Assembly: GCA_943787465.1 (NCBI GenBank)
Contig: CALSMN010000006.1
Location: forward strand, 205,105 to 269,104
Origin: an uncultured Bacteroidia bacterium
GTDB lineage: Bacteria > Bacteroidota > Bacteroidia > NS11-12g > UBA9320
Length of the DNA: 64,000 nucleotides
Reading direction: 5' to 3'
The stretch's first letter is position 1; every line of letters begins with the position of its first letter. The notes beneath the pieces are model-generated. The model was not told the origin of the DNA and searched no databases. It was given only the letters and a program-made list of their open reading frames with translations. Below are positions 29,531 to 40,377 of this stretch, piece by piece. The position numbers and the translations under genes were made by a program.

Positions 29531-31006
29531 ATGGGACACCATTCTATACAAGAAGTATCGCACGAAAAATTTGAATTCCAAGGAAAAGCTAAACTTATTC
29601 CTATCGTACTTATAGTTCTCGGAGCAGTTTTAGCCATCATAGGATCTTTACAAGTTAAAAATAATTGGGATAATGTAGGTCATCACGCACAAACCAAAGA
29701 TGGGGTTACTCATCATGAATCAGCTCCAAACCATCATATAGCCCATGCCGATGATCATCATAATTTAGGACACGTAGAGGATACTCTTAAAGAAAGTCAC
29801 GATGAAACTAGGGCTCATGAGACAACTAATCATAACGATCAACATACAAAAGCAGATGCTCATGCTACAGTTGACCATGCCGATGAGCATCATGGACCAA
29901 CATGGATGACACGAGTTTGGGCAAACCTATTGATGAATAGCTACTACTTTTGGCTGTTTGCTGTTGCTGCTATCTTTTTCATAGCTGTTAATTATGTGGC
30001 TAATGCGGGTTGGGCAGTTATGTTGAAACGAATTATGGAAGCTCAAAGTAGCTACTTGCTTATTGGATCTATTTTACTTATTGGAATCATTATAGGAGCT
30101 AAAGATACGCTCTATCATTGGGTACAATATTTCCACAGTCCAGCTGCTGGAAATCCAGATGCTGCAGGGTATGATCGTATTTTAGAGAGCAAATCATGGT
30201 TATTGAATAATACATCATTGTTTTTCTTTATTCCTTTTGTCACCATTGTGTGGATTTTAATTCGAATGAAATTAAGAAAAAATAGTCTTGCTGAAGATCA
30301 AGAAAAAGGGCTAACAATGTTCAAAAATTCAACTCGTTGGTCCGCAGGTTTCATCTTCTTCTTTGCCTTTTCATTTTCAGCATTATCCTGGTTAATCATC
30401 ATGAGTATTGATGCACATTGGTATTCAACGATGTTTTCTGTTTATAATTTTGCAGTATCCTTTGTAACTGGACTATCCGTAATGATGGTCATTTTACAAT
30501 ATTTGAAAATTACTGGTAAAATGACTTTAGTCTCTGATGAAGTTGTTCATGACTTAGGTAAATTTATGTTTGCCTTCTGTGTATTTTGGGCATATATATT
30601 TTTAAGTCAATGGTTACTCATTTGGTATACAAATCTACCCGAGGAAACTACGTACTTTGCGGATCGATTAGAAGGTGGATACAGAACTTTATTCTTTGTA
30701 AACCTATTCATGTGTTTTGTTGCACCATTTTTGGTTTTAATGATGAGAAATGCAAAACGTTCACCAATCGTATTATTGACAGCAGCATCGGTTATTCTAA
30801 TTGGACACTGGATAGATATGTATCTTCTAATCATGCCTGGAACCGTAGGTGAACATGCGGGAATTGGTTTATTGGAAATAGGTACAACGATAAGTTTCTT
30901 TGGAATTTTTGCATTCACCGTACTTCGTTCGTTGAGCAAAGCCAACCTCTATCCAATTAATCATCCTTATGTATTAGAATCTGCAAACCACGATGTTGGA
31001 CCCTAA
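29531..31006 (+). CDS. actF: Alternative complex III membrane subunit ActF with His-rich loop
   Basis: MSIDAHWYSTMF, HDLGKFMFAF, LLIWYTNLPEET, GHWIDMY. Confidence 0.93.
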   Translation: MGHHSIQEVSHEKFEFQGKAKLIPIVLIVLGAVLAIIGSLQVKNNWDNVGHHAQTKDGVTHHESAPNHHIAHADDHHNLGHVEDTLKESHDETRAHETTNHNDQHTKADAHATVDHADEHHGPTWMTRVWANLLMNSYYFWLFAVAAIFFIAVNYVANAGWAVMLKRIMEAQSSYLLIGSILLIGIIIGAKDTLYHWVQYFHSPAAGNPDAAGYDRILESKSWLLNNTSLFFFIPFVTIVWILIRMKLRKNSLAEDQEKGLTMFKNSTRWSAGFIFFFAFSFSALSWLIIMSIDAHWYSTMFSVYNFAVSFVTGLSVMMVILQYLKITGKMTLVSDEVVHDLGKFMFAFCVFWAYIFLSQWLLIWYTNLPEETTYFADRLEGGYRTLFFVNLFMCFVAPFLVLMMRNAKRSPIVLLTAASVILIGHWIDMYLLIMPGTVGEHAGIGLLEIGTTISFFGIFAFTVLRSLSKANLYPINHPYVLESANHDVGP

Positions 31007-31023
31007 GATTTAAAAAGATATTC

Positions 31024-31060
31024 AAAAAAAATCCATGGGCAAGCCCATGGATTTTTTTTT
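31024..31060. terminator. Bidirectional intrinsic terminator
   Basis: A8-TCCATGGG-CAAG-CCCATGGA-T9 between convergent actF and DEAD helicase. Confidence 0.93.
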
Positions 31061-31075
31061 GAAGCAAAGTATATA

Positions 31076-32314
31076 TTATCTCTTCTTTATTTTTTTGGAC
31101 TTTAACACCGTATGTTCGTTCATTAGTTTTTTCCAATCATTAGCACCTTCGTCTGCAAAATCAATCGTTTCTTGATACTCCCGTTTTGTGACTTTAGCTC
31201 TGGTAATTGGTACCGTGATAAAATCCTCAATAGCTTGTAAATATTCTCTCTCCTCTTTAGCACAAAAAGAGATGGCTTTCCCTTTGTTTTTTCCTCTTCC
31301 TGTTCTACCAACCCGGTGAACATAATTTTCTGGAACTTCAGGTAAATCATAATTTATCACCATATCTATACCCTCAATGTCTATACCTCTAGCTGTTACA
31401 TCAGTGGCAATTAATATAGAACATGCCCCTGTTTTAAATGCCATCAGAGAGATATCCCGATCAAGTTGGTCTTTATCTCCGTGCATAGTCAGTGTATCTA
31501 GTTCTACTCTAGCCATAGCGTTTTTTACACGTTCAGCTCTCACTTTCGTTCGAACAAAGACTAGAATTTTCTTATCGATATTTTCTTGTATAATACGTTG
31601 CAAGAAAAAACGCTTATCGTCCATTTCTACAAAAACCATTTGATGAGACACATTTTTACTTACCGGATCTTTGGGTGATATCTGAATACGGATAGCCTTA
31701 CTACTGATCATTTGATAAGCTTGTGCTTTGATTTTTTTATTAATAGTAGCAGAAAAAAATAAAGTTTGACGTCGTTTAGGTAATTTAGCTACCAAATCAT
31801 CAATATCCTTTGAAAAACCAAGATCTAGCATATGATCTGCCTCATCTAAAACCAATACTTCTATTTTGTTTAATTTCAAATATCCTTGACTTACCAAATC
31901 GAACATTCTACCTGGAGTACTTACTATAATATCTATCCCCTCAATTAATTTGTTAATTTGATAATCTTGCTCTACACCACCATAAATACATAGTGCTTTT
32001 ACTTTTGTATTTTTAGCAATTTGATTAAAAACCCGCGTGATTTGTTGAGCCAATTCTCGAGTGGGTACCATAATGATGGATCGTATGATACTGGATTTGT
32101 TTCCTGATTTATATTTGATCTGTTGAATTTTGTCTATTAACGGGATAGCAAATGCTGCTGTTTTCCCCGTGCCCGTTTGAGCAATTGCCAAGACATCTTC
32201 CCCACGTTGAATCGGTGGAATGCATTTGTATTGAATATCGGTAGGACGCCTAAAATCCATGGCTAATAAATTGGTTTTAATCTCTTTAGATAAACGATAT
32301 TCCTCAAACTTCAT
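31076..32314 (-). CDS. DEAD-box RNA helicase (RhlE-like)
   Basis: AQTGTGKT, PTRELA, TPGR, DEAD, SAT, ARGID, HRVGRTGR; start 32314 chosen from -7 box position. Confidence 0.96.
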   Translation of the reverse strand: MKFEEYRLSKEIKTNLLAMDFRRPTDIQYKCIPPIQRGEDVLAIAQTGTGKTAAFAIPLIDKIQQIKYKSGNKSSIIRSIIMVPTRELAQQITRVFNQIAKNTKVKALCIYGGVEQDYQINKLIEGIDIIVSTPGRMFDLVSQGYLKLNKIEVLVLDEADHMLDLGFSKDIDDLVAKLPKRRQTLFFSATINKKIKAQAYQMISSKAIRIQISPKDPVSKNVSHQMVFVEMDDKRFFLQRIIQENIDKKILVFVRTKVRAERVKNAMARVELDTLTMHGDKDQLDRDISLMAFKTGACSILIATDVTARGIDIEGIDMVINYDLPEVPENYVHRVGRTGRGKNKGKAISFCAKEEREYLQAIEDFITVPITRAKVTKREYQETIDFADEGANDWKKLMNEHTVLKSKKIKKR

Positions 32315-32468
32315 GCGCATGCAAAGTTACATCAATACCTGATTAAGCAAATTACATTCTAATAGATCATCATTACGAATATTGTTCTTATCTATATTCA
32401 AATTATATAACTTAAATCAAAAAGAAATAATGAATCAATTTGACATATTCAATTACATTCGTACTTAC

Positions 32469-33455
32469 ATGAATTCACATCACTTACGATTAGAAGTAAT
32501 GTCAACCATTGGAAAATCAATGGATGACTTACTAACTAAATACCTCAAACCCATAGAAACTAACTGGCAACCGGCTGACCTATTACCTGATTCTAGGACA
32601 GATGAATTCTTTCCTGCTATCAAAGAAATACAGGAACTAGCTAAAGATATGGATTATGACCTACTCACTGTACTCATTGGCGATACCATCACTGAAGAAG
32701 CATTGCCAACCTATGAAACATGGCTCATGGATGTAGAAGGTGTAAACCAACAATATAACGATGGCGAACCCAATGGTTGGAGTAAATGGATCAGAGGGTG
32801 GACCGCAGAAGAAAATAGACACGGCGATTTACTTAATAAGTATTTATTCCTGTGTGGTAGAGTAGATATGCGAGAAATGGAAGTATCTACACAACACTTG
32901 ATTAATGATGGATTCGATATTGGAACTGGTACAAATCCATATAAAAACTTTGTATATACCAGTTTTCAAGAACTTGCAACCAATATCTCTCACCGAAGAG
33001 TAGCTACTTTGGTTAAAAAAACAGGAAATAGCTTATTGGCAAAAATTAATGGCATCATTGCGGCAGATGAAGCCAGACATGCTTCTGCTTATTCTGATTT
33101 TGTTAAACGAATTTTTGAACTAGACCCCAGCCAAATGATGGTGTCATTTGAAGATATGATGCGCAGAAAAATTGTAATGCCAGCTCATTTTATGAGACAA
33201 AGCGGTGATAAAGTAGGTGAATTATGGAGTCACTTTTCGGATGCTGCTCAACGTACAAAGGTATATACCGCACAAGACTATATAGACATCCTTTCTTCAT
33301 TAATTCGTGATTGGAATATTGATAAAATAACTGATTTAAATGATTTAGGGGAAAAGGCAAGAGATTATTTAATGGCTCTTCCAGGTAGACTTCAGCGTAT
33401 AACTGATCGAATGAAAGAACCTGAAAAAGAATATGAATTTAAATGGATTGGATAA
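32469..33455 (+). CDS. Soluble di-iron acyl-ACP desaturase
   Basis: WQPADLLP, TEEALPTY, WTAEENRHG, QELAT, DEARH; start uncertain (32382/32410/32469). Confidence 0.92.
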   Translation: MNSHHLRLEVMSTIGKSMDDLLTKYLKPIETNWQPADLLPDSRTDEFFPAIKEIQELAKDMDYDLLTVLIGDTITEEALPTYETWLMDVEGVNQQYNDGEPNGWSKWIRGWTAEENRHGDLLNKYLFLCGRVDMREMEVSTQHLINDGFDIGTGTNPYKNFVYTSFQELATNISHRRVATLVKKTGNSLLAKINGIIAADEARHASAYSDFVKRIFELDPSQMMVSFEDMMRRKIVMPAHFMRQSGDKVGELWSHFSDAAQRTKVYTAQDYIDILSSLIRDWNIDKITDLNDLGEKARDYLMALPGRLQRITDRMKEPEKEYEFKWIG

Positions 33456-33487
33456 ACTATATACGTTCTTTCGTGTTTATTTAAAGA

Positions 33488-33691
33488 GTGAATTTAGGTC
33501 AATATAGGAATAATATAGATATCGGTATCGAAGTTGATATTGTCTTAAAAAAACATCAAAGAACGGGAGAACTAACCAACGGTTTTGTAAAGAAAATCTT
33601 AACAAAATCACAACATCACCCTCATGGCATAAAAGTACAACTTGAAACTGGAGAGGTTGGGAGAATAAAAAAAATCTATCTAGACGAATAA
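33488..33691 (+). CDS. YwbE/DUF2196 family protein
   Basis: VDIVLKKHQRTGELT.GFVKKILTKS.HHPHGIKV.LETGEVGR. Confidence 0.9.
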   Translation: MNLGQYRNNIDIGIEVDIVLKKHQRTGELTNGFVKKILTKSQHHPHGIKVQLETGEVGRIKKIYLDE

Positions 33692-33693
33692 TT

Positions 33694-34173
33694 ATGTCTC
33701 AATTTTACACGCTTTCAGCACAAAAACCCATGGGAGATCCCCTTCCAATGGATCAATACAAGGGCAAGGTTATTCTTATTGTAAATACTGCTACTAAATG
33801 TGGCCTTACTCCTCAACTATCTGAATTAGAATCCCTTCACCTCAAGTATAAAAACAATGGTCTACACATACTTGGATTTCCATGCAACCAATTTGCCTGG
33901 CAAGAACCCCTATCCAATGAAAATATGGAAGATGTATGCTTTAATACCCATCGTGTAACATTTCAACTCACGGCTAAAATTCATGTTAATGGTCCAAAAA
34001 CACATCCCATTTTTAAATTTTTGAAAAAAGAAAAAAAAGGATTCCTGATGGGTCGTATTGGATGGAATTTTACCAAATTTCTGATAGATCAAAAAGGAAA
34101 TGTAATTCAGCGTTACGCCCCCAACATAAAACCTGCTTCAATTGAAAAAGATATCATTTCTTTATTGATTTAG
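33694..34173 (+). CDS. Cys-type glutathione peroxidase family
   Basis: VNTATKCGLTPQ, GFPCNQF, WNFTKFL. Confidence 0.95.
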   Translation: MSQFYTLSAQKPMGDPLPMDQYKGKVILIVNTATKCGLTPQLSELESLHLKYKNNGLHILGFPCNQFAWQEPLSNENMEDVCFNTHRVTFQLTAKIHVNGPKTHPIFKFLKKEKKGFLMGRIGWNFTKFLIDQKGNVIQRYAPNIKPASIEKDIISLLI

Positions 34174-34175
34174 AC

Positions 34176-34595
34176 TTAGTTCCATTGGTAAAATTTTTTC
34201 TTTGAATAGCCTGCAAAAAATACTAGACCTAAGGCAATTAAAATTACTACCATAGGCATCATTATAGCGTGCTTTATTCCATAAACTTGAATTACAGAAG
34301 TAAAGAATACATGATGAATCATCAAAGGAATTACTGTACAAAGGGATAAGACCAATATTTTTTGAGACCATTTTTTCCTTCCAATTAAACCTATAGAGCC
34401 TACAAATCCGCTCAAAACTGCTACAGCATACAAGAATGATATCCATGTAGGATATTCGCCATATAGAATTTGCTCTTGGGAAGAAAGTTTGGCTAAATCA
34501 TCAGTAGAAATAAATGTTTGATAGTAAAAATTAACTAGGCTCATTGCGTTCCAGAGTAAAGCTAAAATGCTTATAAAATAATACCAAGGTGACAT
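34176..34595 (-). CDS. Small 4-TM membrane protein
   Basis: Hydrophobic segments LALLWNAM, YPTW..AVAV..G..G, LSL..V; own TACATTTG box upstream. Confidence 0.75.
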   Translation of the reverse strand: MSPWYYFISILALLWNAMSLVNFYYQTFISTDDLAKLSSQEQILYGEYPTWISFLYAVAVLSGFVGSIGLIGRKKWSQKILVLSLCTVIPLMIHHVFFTSVIQVYGIKHAIMMPMVVILIALGLVFFAGYSKKKFYQWN

Positions 34596-34663
34596 TTTTC
34601 AATGATTGTTCCATAAGAATCAAATGTAGTTAAGATAATAAAGAGTTAAGCAATATAAAACAC

Positions 34664-34933
34664 TTATTTCTTTTTCCATCTTTCCAGATTAGGGATTTTT
34701 TTAGCAAAGGAATTTGCAAAAAGCCCCATAATAAAACCCATTTCTTTCATTTTGACTTTAACATAATATTGCATTTGATTGACATCCCAATCGGGATTAT
34801 TGAATTTCCCGTTTTCATAACACAAAGCACAGTACATTAAATTAATGGAACCATCTAAATTTGTACCTCCACCATTTGGTGATTTCTTTAATGGCATACC
34901 ACAACTCTGACAATTTTTATATTCTTGATTCAT
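34664..34933 (-). CDS. Putative zinc-ribbon domain protein
   Basis: CQSCGMPL..GGTNLDGS..YCALCYENGKF..IPNLERW. Confidence 0.88.
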   Translation of the reverse strand: MNQEYKNCQSCGMPLKKSPNGGGTNLDGSINLMYCALCYENGKFNNPDWDVNQMQYYVKVKMKEMGFIMGLFANSFAKKIPNLERWKKK

Positions 34934-34987
34934 ATTTTTTTCTTTATGCAAGAAATGAAAAACAACTAAAAGGGTGATTACTTAATT

Positions 34988-35025
34988 TATGATATTCGTC
35001 ATATTTGGGTATGATATATATACAA
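34988..35025. promoter_or_regulatory. Tandem TATGA-N6-TCATA operator-like element (copy 2)
   Basis: TATGATATTCGTCATA-TTTGGG-TATGATATATATACAA; matches 2069-2106. Confidence 0.6.
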
Positions 35026-35050
35026 AAAAGCACCCCCATGGAGGTGCTTT
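35024..35050 (-). terminator. Intrinsic terminator of groESL
   Basis: AAAAAAGCACC-CCCATGGA-GGTGCTTT; U-tract on minus strand downstream of groEL stop. Confidence 0.85.
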
Positions 35051-35071
35051 CTCTATTATTTAAAATTAAAA

Positions 35072-36724
<1,653 letters not shown>

Positions 36725-36754
36725 TTAAGTTAATAATTAATTTAAAGTTAAACA

Positions 36755-37024
36755 CTAAACGATTGCAAGAATATCTGATTCTCTCATCATTAATAAATCT
36801 TTGCCATCTACGGTAAGTTCTGTACCTGAGTACTTTCCATAAAGTACTGTTTCACCCACTTTTACTGTAGTTGGTTCATCTTTTTTCCCAGGACCTACTG
36901 CTATGACTGTTCCTTTTTGTGGTTTTTCTTTTGCAGTGTCTGGAATGTAGATACCTCCTGCAGTCTTTGATTCTGCTGCGGCAGGCTCTACCAATACTCT
37001 GTCTGATAATGGTTTAATATTCAT
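36755..37024 (-). CDS. groES: Co-chaperonin GroES
   Basis: [31 protein letters not shown]; ATG at 37024. Confidence 0.98.
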   Translation of the reverse strand: MNIKPLSDRVLVEPAAAESKTAGGIYIPDTAKEKPQKGTVIAVGPGKKDEPTTVKVGETVLYGKYSGTELTVDGKDLLMMRESDILAIV

Positions 37025-37055
37025 GTTTGTATTCAATTATATTTTCAAGACAAAT

Positions 37056-37071
37056 TGCACACATTGTGCCA
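37056..37071 (-). promoter_or_regulatory. Sigma54 (-24/-12) promoter of groESL
   Basis: Minus strand TGGCAC-AATGT-GTGCA with exact GG-N10-GC spacing, 31 nt upstream of the groES ATG. Confidence 0.7.
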
Positions 37072-37170
37072 AGATTGAATAAAGACAAAATTGCACTTAC
37101 TTGTAAAAAAGTAGGTGACGATAAGTCATTCTGTCAGTATGATACTGTAAACAAAGCTTGAAGAGGAAGA

Positions 37171-37566
37171 TTATTGCTGAATGGGATTTCCATTCTCATC
37201 CAATATTTCGATTTCCATGTTTTCGGGATCAACCGTATTCTCTGGATTTGGTTGGTTAGATGTTGCGGGAGTTGTTACTGGAGCTGGTGCTGCTGGAGTG
37301 GATTCCTCAACACGATCCAAAAATGCATTGCGTTTTTCCAAATCAGGGGTGTAAACAAAACGACTTCCAACAGACAAAACCATGATAGAAATAGCTAATG
37401 TCCACGTAGCTTTTTCTATAAACTCGTTTGTTTTTTTAACTCCAGCTATCTGATTCGCAGCAGAAAAATTAGCGGCTATCCCTCCACCCTTTGGATTTTG
37501 AATAAGTACGGCTAGTATTAAAAGAATAGATGCTATGATTGCGAGTATGATTATAACGGTGAACAT
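37171..37566 (-). CDS. secG: Preprotein translocase subunit SecG
   Basis: VLIQNPKGGGIA..F, IEKATWTLA; two TM plus Pro-rich tail. Confidence 0.93.
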   Translation of the reverse strand: MFTVIIILAIIASILLILAVLIQNPKGGGIAANFSAANQIAGVKKTNEFIEKATWTLAISIMVLSVGSRFVYTPDLEKRNAFLDRVEESTPAAPAPVTTPATSNQPNPENTVDPENMEIEILDENGNPIQQ

Positions 37567-37572
37567 GATGTA

Positions 37573-38544
37573 TTATAGATCGTTTTTTGTTAGTTTAACT
37601 TCCTTAATTCGGGCGGCAAAATACGCTGATTTTTCAGGATTTTGCAAACTTAATTTTTCAAATCCTTGAATAGCCTTTTCATAGTGCCCTTGTTTGATGT
37701 AAATATTAATTAAAGTTTCACTAATAATGTGCATGGCATCCTTTTCACTAGCCTCTGCTTTATCCTGAGCATTATAGAAACTTCGGTTTTGAATTGGACG
37801 ACTACGTTTGGTTTTGATGAATTCGTCTAATAAAATTTGAACCCTATCGGGTGAATTTATTTTTTTCTTCTCTTTTTTAGGTTCTGATTTTTTACCAACT
37901 TGATTTAGCCAGTATATAAAATCCTGATTTGATTCGGAAGATTCCTCTTCTATGAATTTAGCCAATTCCTTTTCAGGATTATAGATTAGTTGTTCGAGAG
38001 GGATACGAGGTTGTGTTGCTATTGTATGCTCTTTTACTTTTAGTTCTTTGATCGGATCATAGGTGATTATTTTTTCAAAATCAATAGGATGTTTTTCGGA
38101 TAATATTACCGTTTTGTGCGGTTTTTGAGATTTATTTTCTTTTGAGTTATTTTGAGATTCTTCCGTTGACTTGATTACCTTTTTGGGTTTTTTTACACCA
38201 TTTTTTTCTTTGGCTACCTTTACTAGCTCTTCCTTTGGTACATCTTTTTCTTTTTGAATGTCTGATTGAATGTCTGAAGTTTCAGCATCAATAGAATCCG
38301 TTTTTTGTGAATCCGTATGAAAAAAGGAAAATAATGCCGAACGGCTTCCTGCGTAGGTAGATGCTAGTCGCAACTGATTATTTTGAAGATATGAATTTTC
38401 ATTGGCATATCCCTTGGCTAATAAAACATGGTAGCTACTACACCAAGGATATTCAGATACAAGATTTTTTAGTATCTGATTATCGGATTCCTGGATGGAA
38501 TTGGGTTGTTTTACCCAGAATGATATCTCATTTTGTTTTACCAA
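37573..38544 (-). CDS. Conserved Bacteroidota protein with terminal TPR-like domains and a charged linker
   Basis: N-terminal LVSEYPW..LLAK, C-terminal SETLINIYIKQGHYEKAI..LSLQNPEKSAYFAARI. Confidence 0.8.
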   Translation of the reverse strand: MVKQNEISFWVKQPNSIQESDNQILKNLVSEYPWCSSYHVLLAKGYANENSYLQNNQLRLASTYAGSRSALFSFFHTDSQKTDSIDAETSDIQSDIQKEKDVPKEELVKVAKEKNGVKKPKKVIKSTEESQNNSKENKSQKPHKTVILSEKHPIDFEKIITYDPIKELKVKEHTIATQPRIPLEQLIYNPEKELAKFIEEESSESNQDFIYWLNQVGKKSEPKKEKKKINSPDRVQILLDEFIKTKRSRPIQNRSFYNAQDKAEASEKDAMHIISETLINIYIKQGHYEKAIQGFEKLSLQNPEKSAYFAARIKEVKLTKNDL

Positions 38545-39050
38545 TTAATAGCCGCTTTATTAAAAATAGACTGAATGAGCATGGTCGATATTTCATCGAC
38601 GAGATCATTTTCTACATCACTAAAATTGAGTGTTGCGTCAAAATCTTGAAAGTTTGAAAATGATTGCTCAAAAGAGATTTTATCATCCGAAGCACAAACT
38701 AATCTAACATTCATTGAAATAGTAAGTCTATTCAACTGTGCATTATCTGTACTTTGAGCAGAAACAGGAGCTACAACAAATGAGGTTATTTCACCAGAAA
38801 AATCAAAGTCACCATCTTTCTCAGTAATGCTTAAATTGGTTTCTGAGATAAACTTTTGTTTCAGTCCCTCTGTGATAGTCTGACTAAGTAGAGGTGAGTT
38901 TATGGGGGCATTATTTTCAAAATAATTTACTGAAAAAGACTTTACTTCTTGTGGTATACTTGTTCCAGAAAAAGAATACAAACCACACGATTGCATAAAC
39001 AGCAATACCAATAAACCCATGTTCCATACTACACTAGTTCTCGACCCCAT
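38538..39050 (-). CDS. lptE: LptE-like lipoprotein
   Basis: Lipobox MQSC-GLYSFSGTSI, YFENNAP, SGEITSF, NRLTI, C-terminal IFNKAAINW. Confidence 0.8.
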   Translation of the reverse strand: MGSRTSVVWNMGLLVLLFMQSCGLYSFSGTSIPQEVKSFSVNYFENNAPINSPLLSQTITEGLKQKFISETNLSITEKDGDFDFSGEITSFVVAPVSAQSTDNAQLNRLTISMNVRLVCASDDKISFEQSFSNFQDFDATLNFSDVENDLVDEISTMLIQSIFNKAAINW

Positions 39051-40275
39051 ACTGTTTGATTTTTCGGTATAATGTTCGTTCTGAAATCCCTAATTCTTTT
39101 GCGGCTTTTTTTCTTCTACCATTATTTTTTGACAAGGCTTTTCGAATTAATTCTTCTTCTTTGGCTTCCAGAGACAGCACTTCATTTTCTCCTGTAAGAA
39201 TTTGATCTTCAATAACAACTTGATGATAATCATCATCGGTATCTGATTCTTGAGTATGGATGTACTTTACTTTATCTTTGGGAGTTTCTTGAGGGATGAA
39301 ACGAGTGATTGCTGGCTTACTTTTTTCGGTATATTCTTCTCTAGATTCTGGATTATCAAGCATTCCAAAAACAACTTTTCTTAATTCGGAAACATCTTTT
39401 TTTAAATCTATTAATACTTTATAAAATATATCTCGTTCTGAAACGTCACTATCCTTGGTTTGATCATTATATAACGCAGGTAAGTTATTTTCTGCTCGAG
39501 CAGGTAAATATTTTCTTAGAATTTCTGCTGTAATATGAGTCCCTTCCTCTAATACAGATACTTGTTCAGCAATATTTTTGAGTTGACGGATATTCCCTGG
39601 CCAACGATAATTCATTAAAAGTTGTTCCGCATCCATTGTTAGTTCCATCATTTCGTTTCTATATTTTTCGGAAGCATCAAAAGCAAACTTTTGAAATAAC
39701 AGCGATACATCTCCAGGTCTATCTCGAAGTGGAGGTACAGCAATAGGAAGAGTGGCTAAACGATAATATAAATCTTCTCTAAATTTATTTCGATCGACCT
39801 CAGTAATCAAATCCCGATTAGTAGCTGTGATTATTCTCACATCTGTTTTCTGAACCTTACTACTTCCTACTCGAATAAACTCACCATTTTCTAGAATTCG
39901 AAGTAATCTACTCTGCGTTTCTAATGGCAATTCTCCTACTTCATCCAGGAATATAGTACCTCCATTGGCACTCTCAAAATAACCTTTCCTATTATCGACT
40001 GCCCCCGTAAACGCCCCTTTATCATGACCAAATAGTTCAGAATTGATTGTACCCTCTGGTAATGCTCCACAATTAATTGCTATAAACGGTCCATGTTTTC
40101 TCGGACTTAAATGATGAATAATCTTGGAAAAGGATTCTTTACCACTTCCACTTTCGCCTTGTATATATACCGTTAACTCAGTAGAGGCAACACGCATTGC
40201 TGTTTGTAATGCGTAATTCAGCTTGGCTGAATTGCCTATAATTCCAAATCGTTGCTTAACTTGTTGTAAATCCAT
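39034..40275 (-). CDS. Sigma54-dependent enhancer-binding protein lacking an N-terminal sensor domain
   Basis: GESGSGKE, GAFTGA, FLDEVGE, FREDLYYRL, WPGNIRQL, Fis-type HTH AAKELGISERTLYRK. Confidence 0.95.
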   Translation of the reverse strand: MDLQQVKQRFGIIGNSAKLNYALQTAMRVASTELTVYIQGESGSGKESFSKIIHHLSPRKHGPFIAINCGALPEGTINSELFGHDKGAFTGAVDNRKGYFESANGGTIFLDEVGELPLETQSRLLRILENGEFIRVGSSKVQKTDVRIITATNRDLITEVDRNKFREDLYYRLATLPIAVPPLRDRPGDVSLLFQKFAFDASEKYRNEMMELTMDAEQLLMNYRWPGNIRQLKNIAEQVSVLEEGTHITAEILRKYLPARAENNLPALYNDQTKDSDVSERDIFYKVLIDLKKDVSELRKVVFGMLDNPESREEYTEKSKPAITRFIPQETPKDKVKYIHTQESDTDDDYHQVVIEDQILTGENEVLSLEAKEEELIRKALSKNNGRRKKAAKELGISERTLYRKIKQYGVEN

Positions 40276-40377
40276 GAATTCTCTGCAAAAATGGCAGATT
40301 TTTTTTGATTTTTGTCAGTAAAATTAAATTATTCGTGGATGACAGTTTCCAAATTCTCAAAAGTGAAAATAGTAATA

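Noticed and set aside
33694-34173. Possible selenocysteine glutathione peroxidase
   Set aside because: Active-site codon is TGT (Cys) and the frame has no internal TGA
37057-37069. GCAC-N5-GTGC inverted repeat before groES as a CIRCE element
   Set aside because: CIRCE is TTAGCACTC-N9-GAGTGCTAA; arms and spacing do not match, and the sequence fits a sigma54 promoter better
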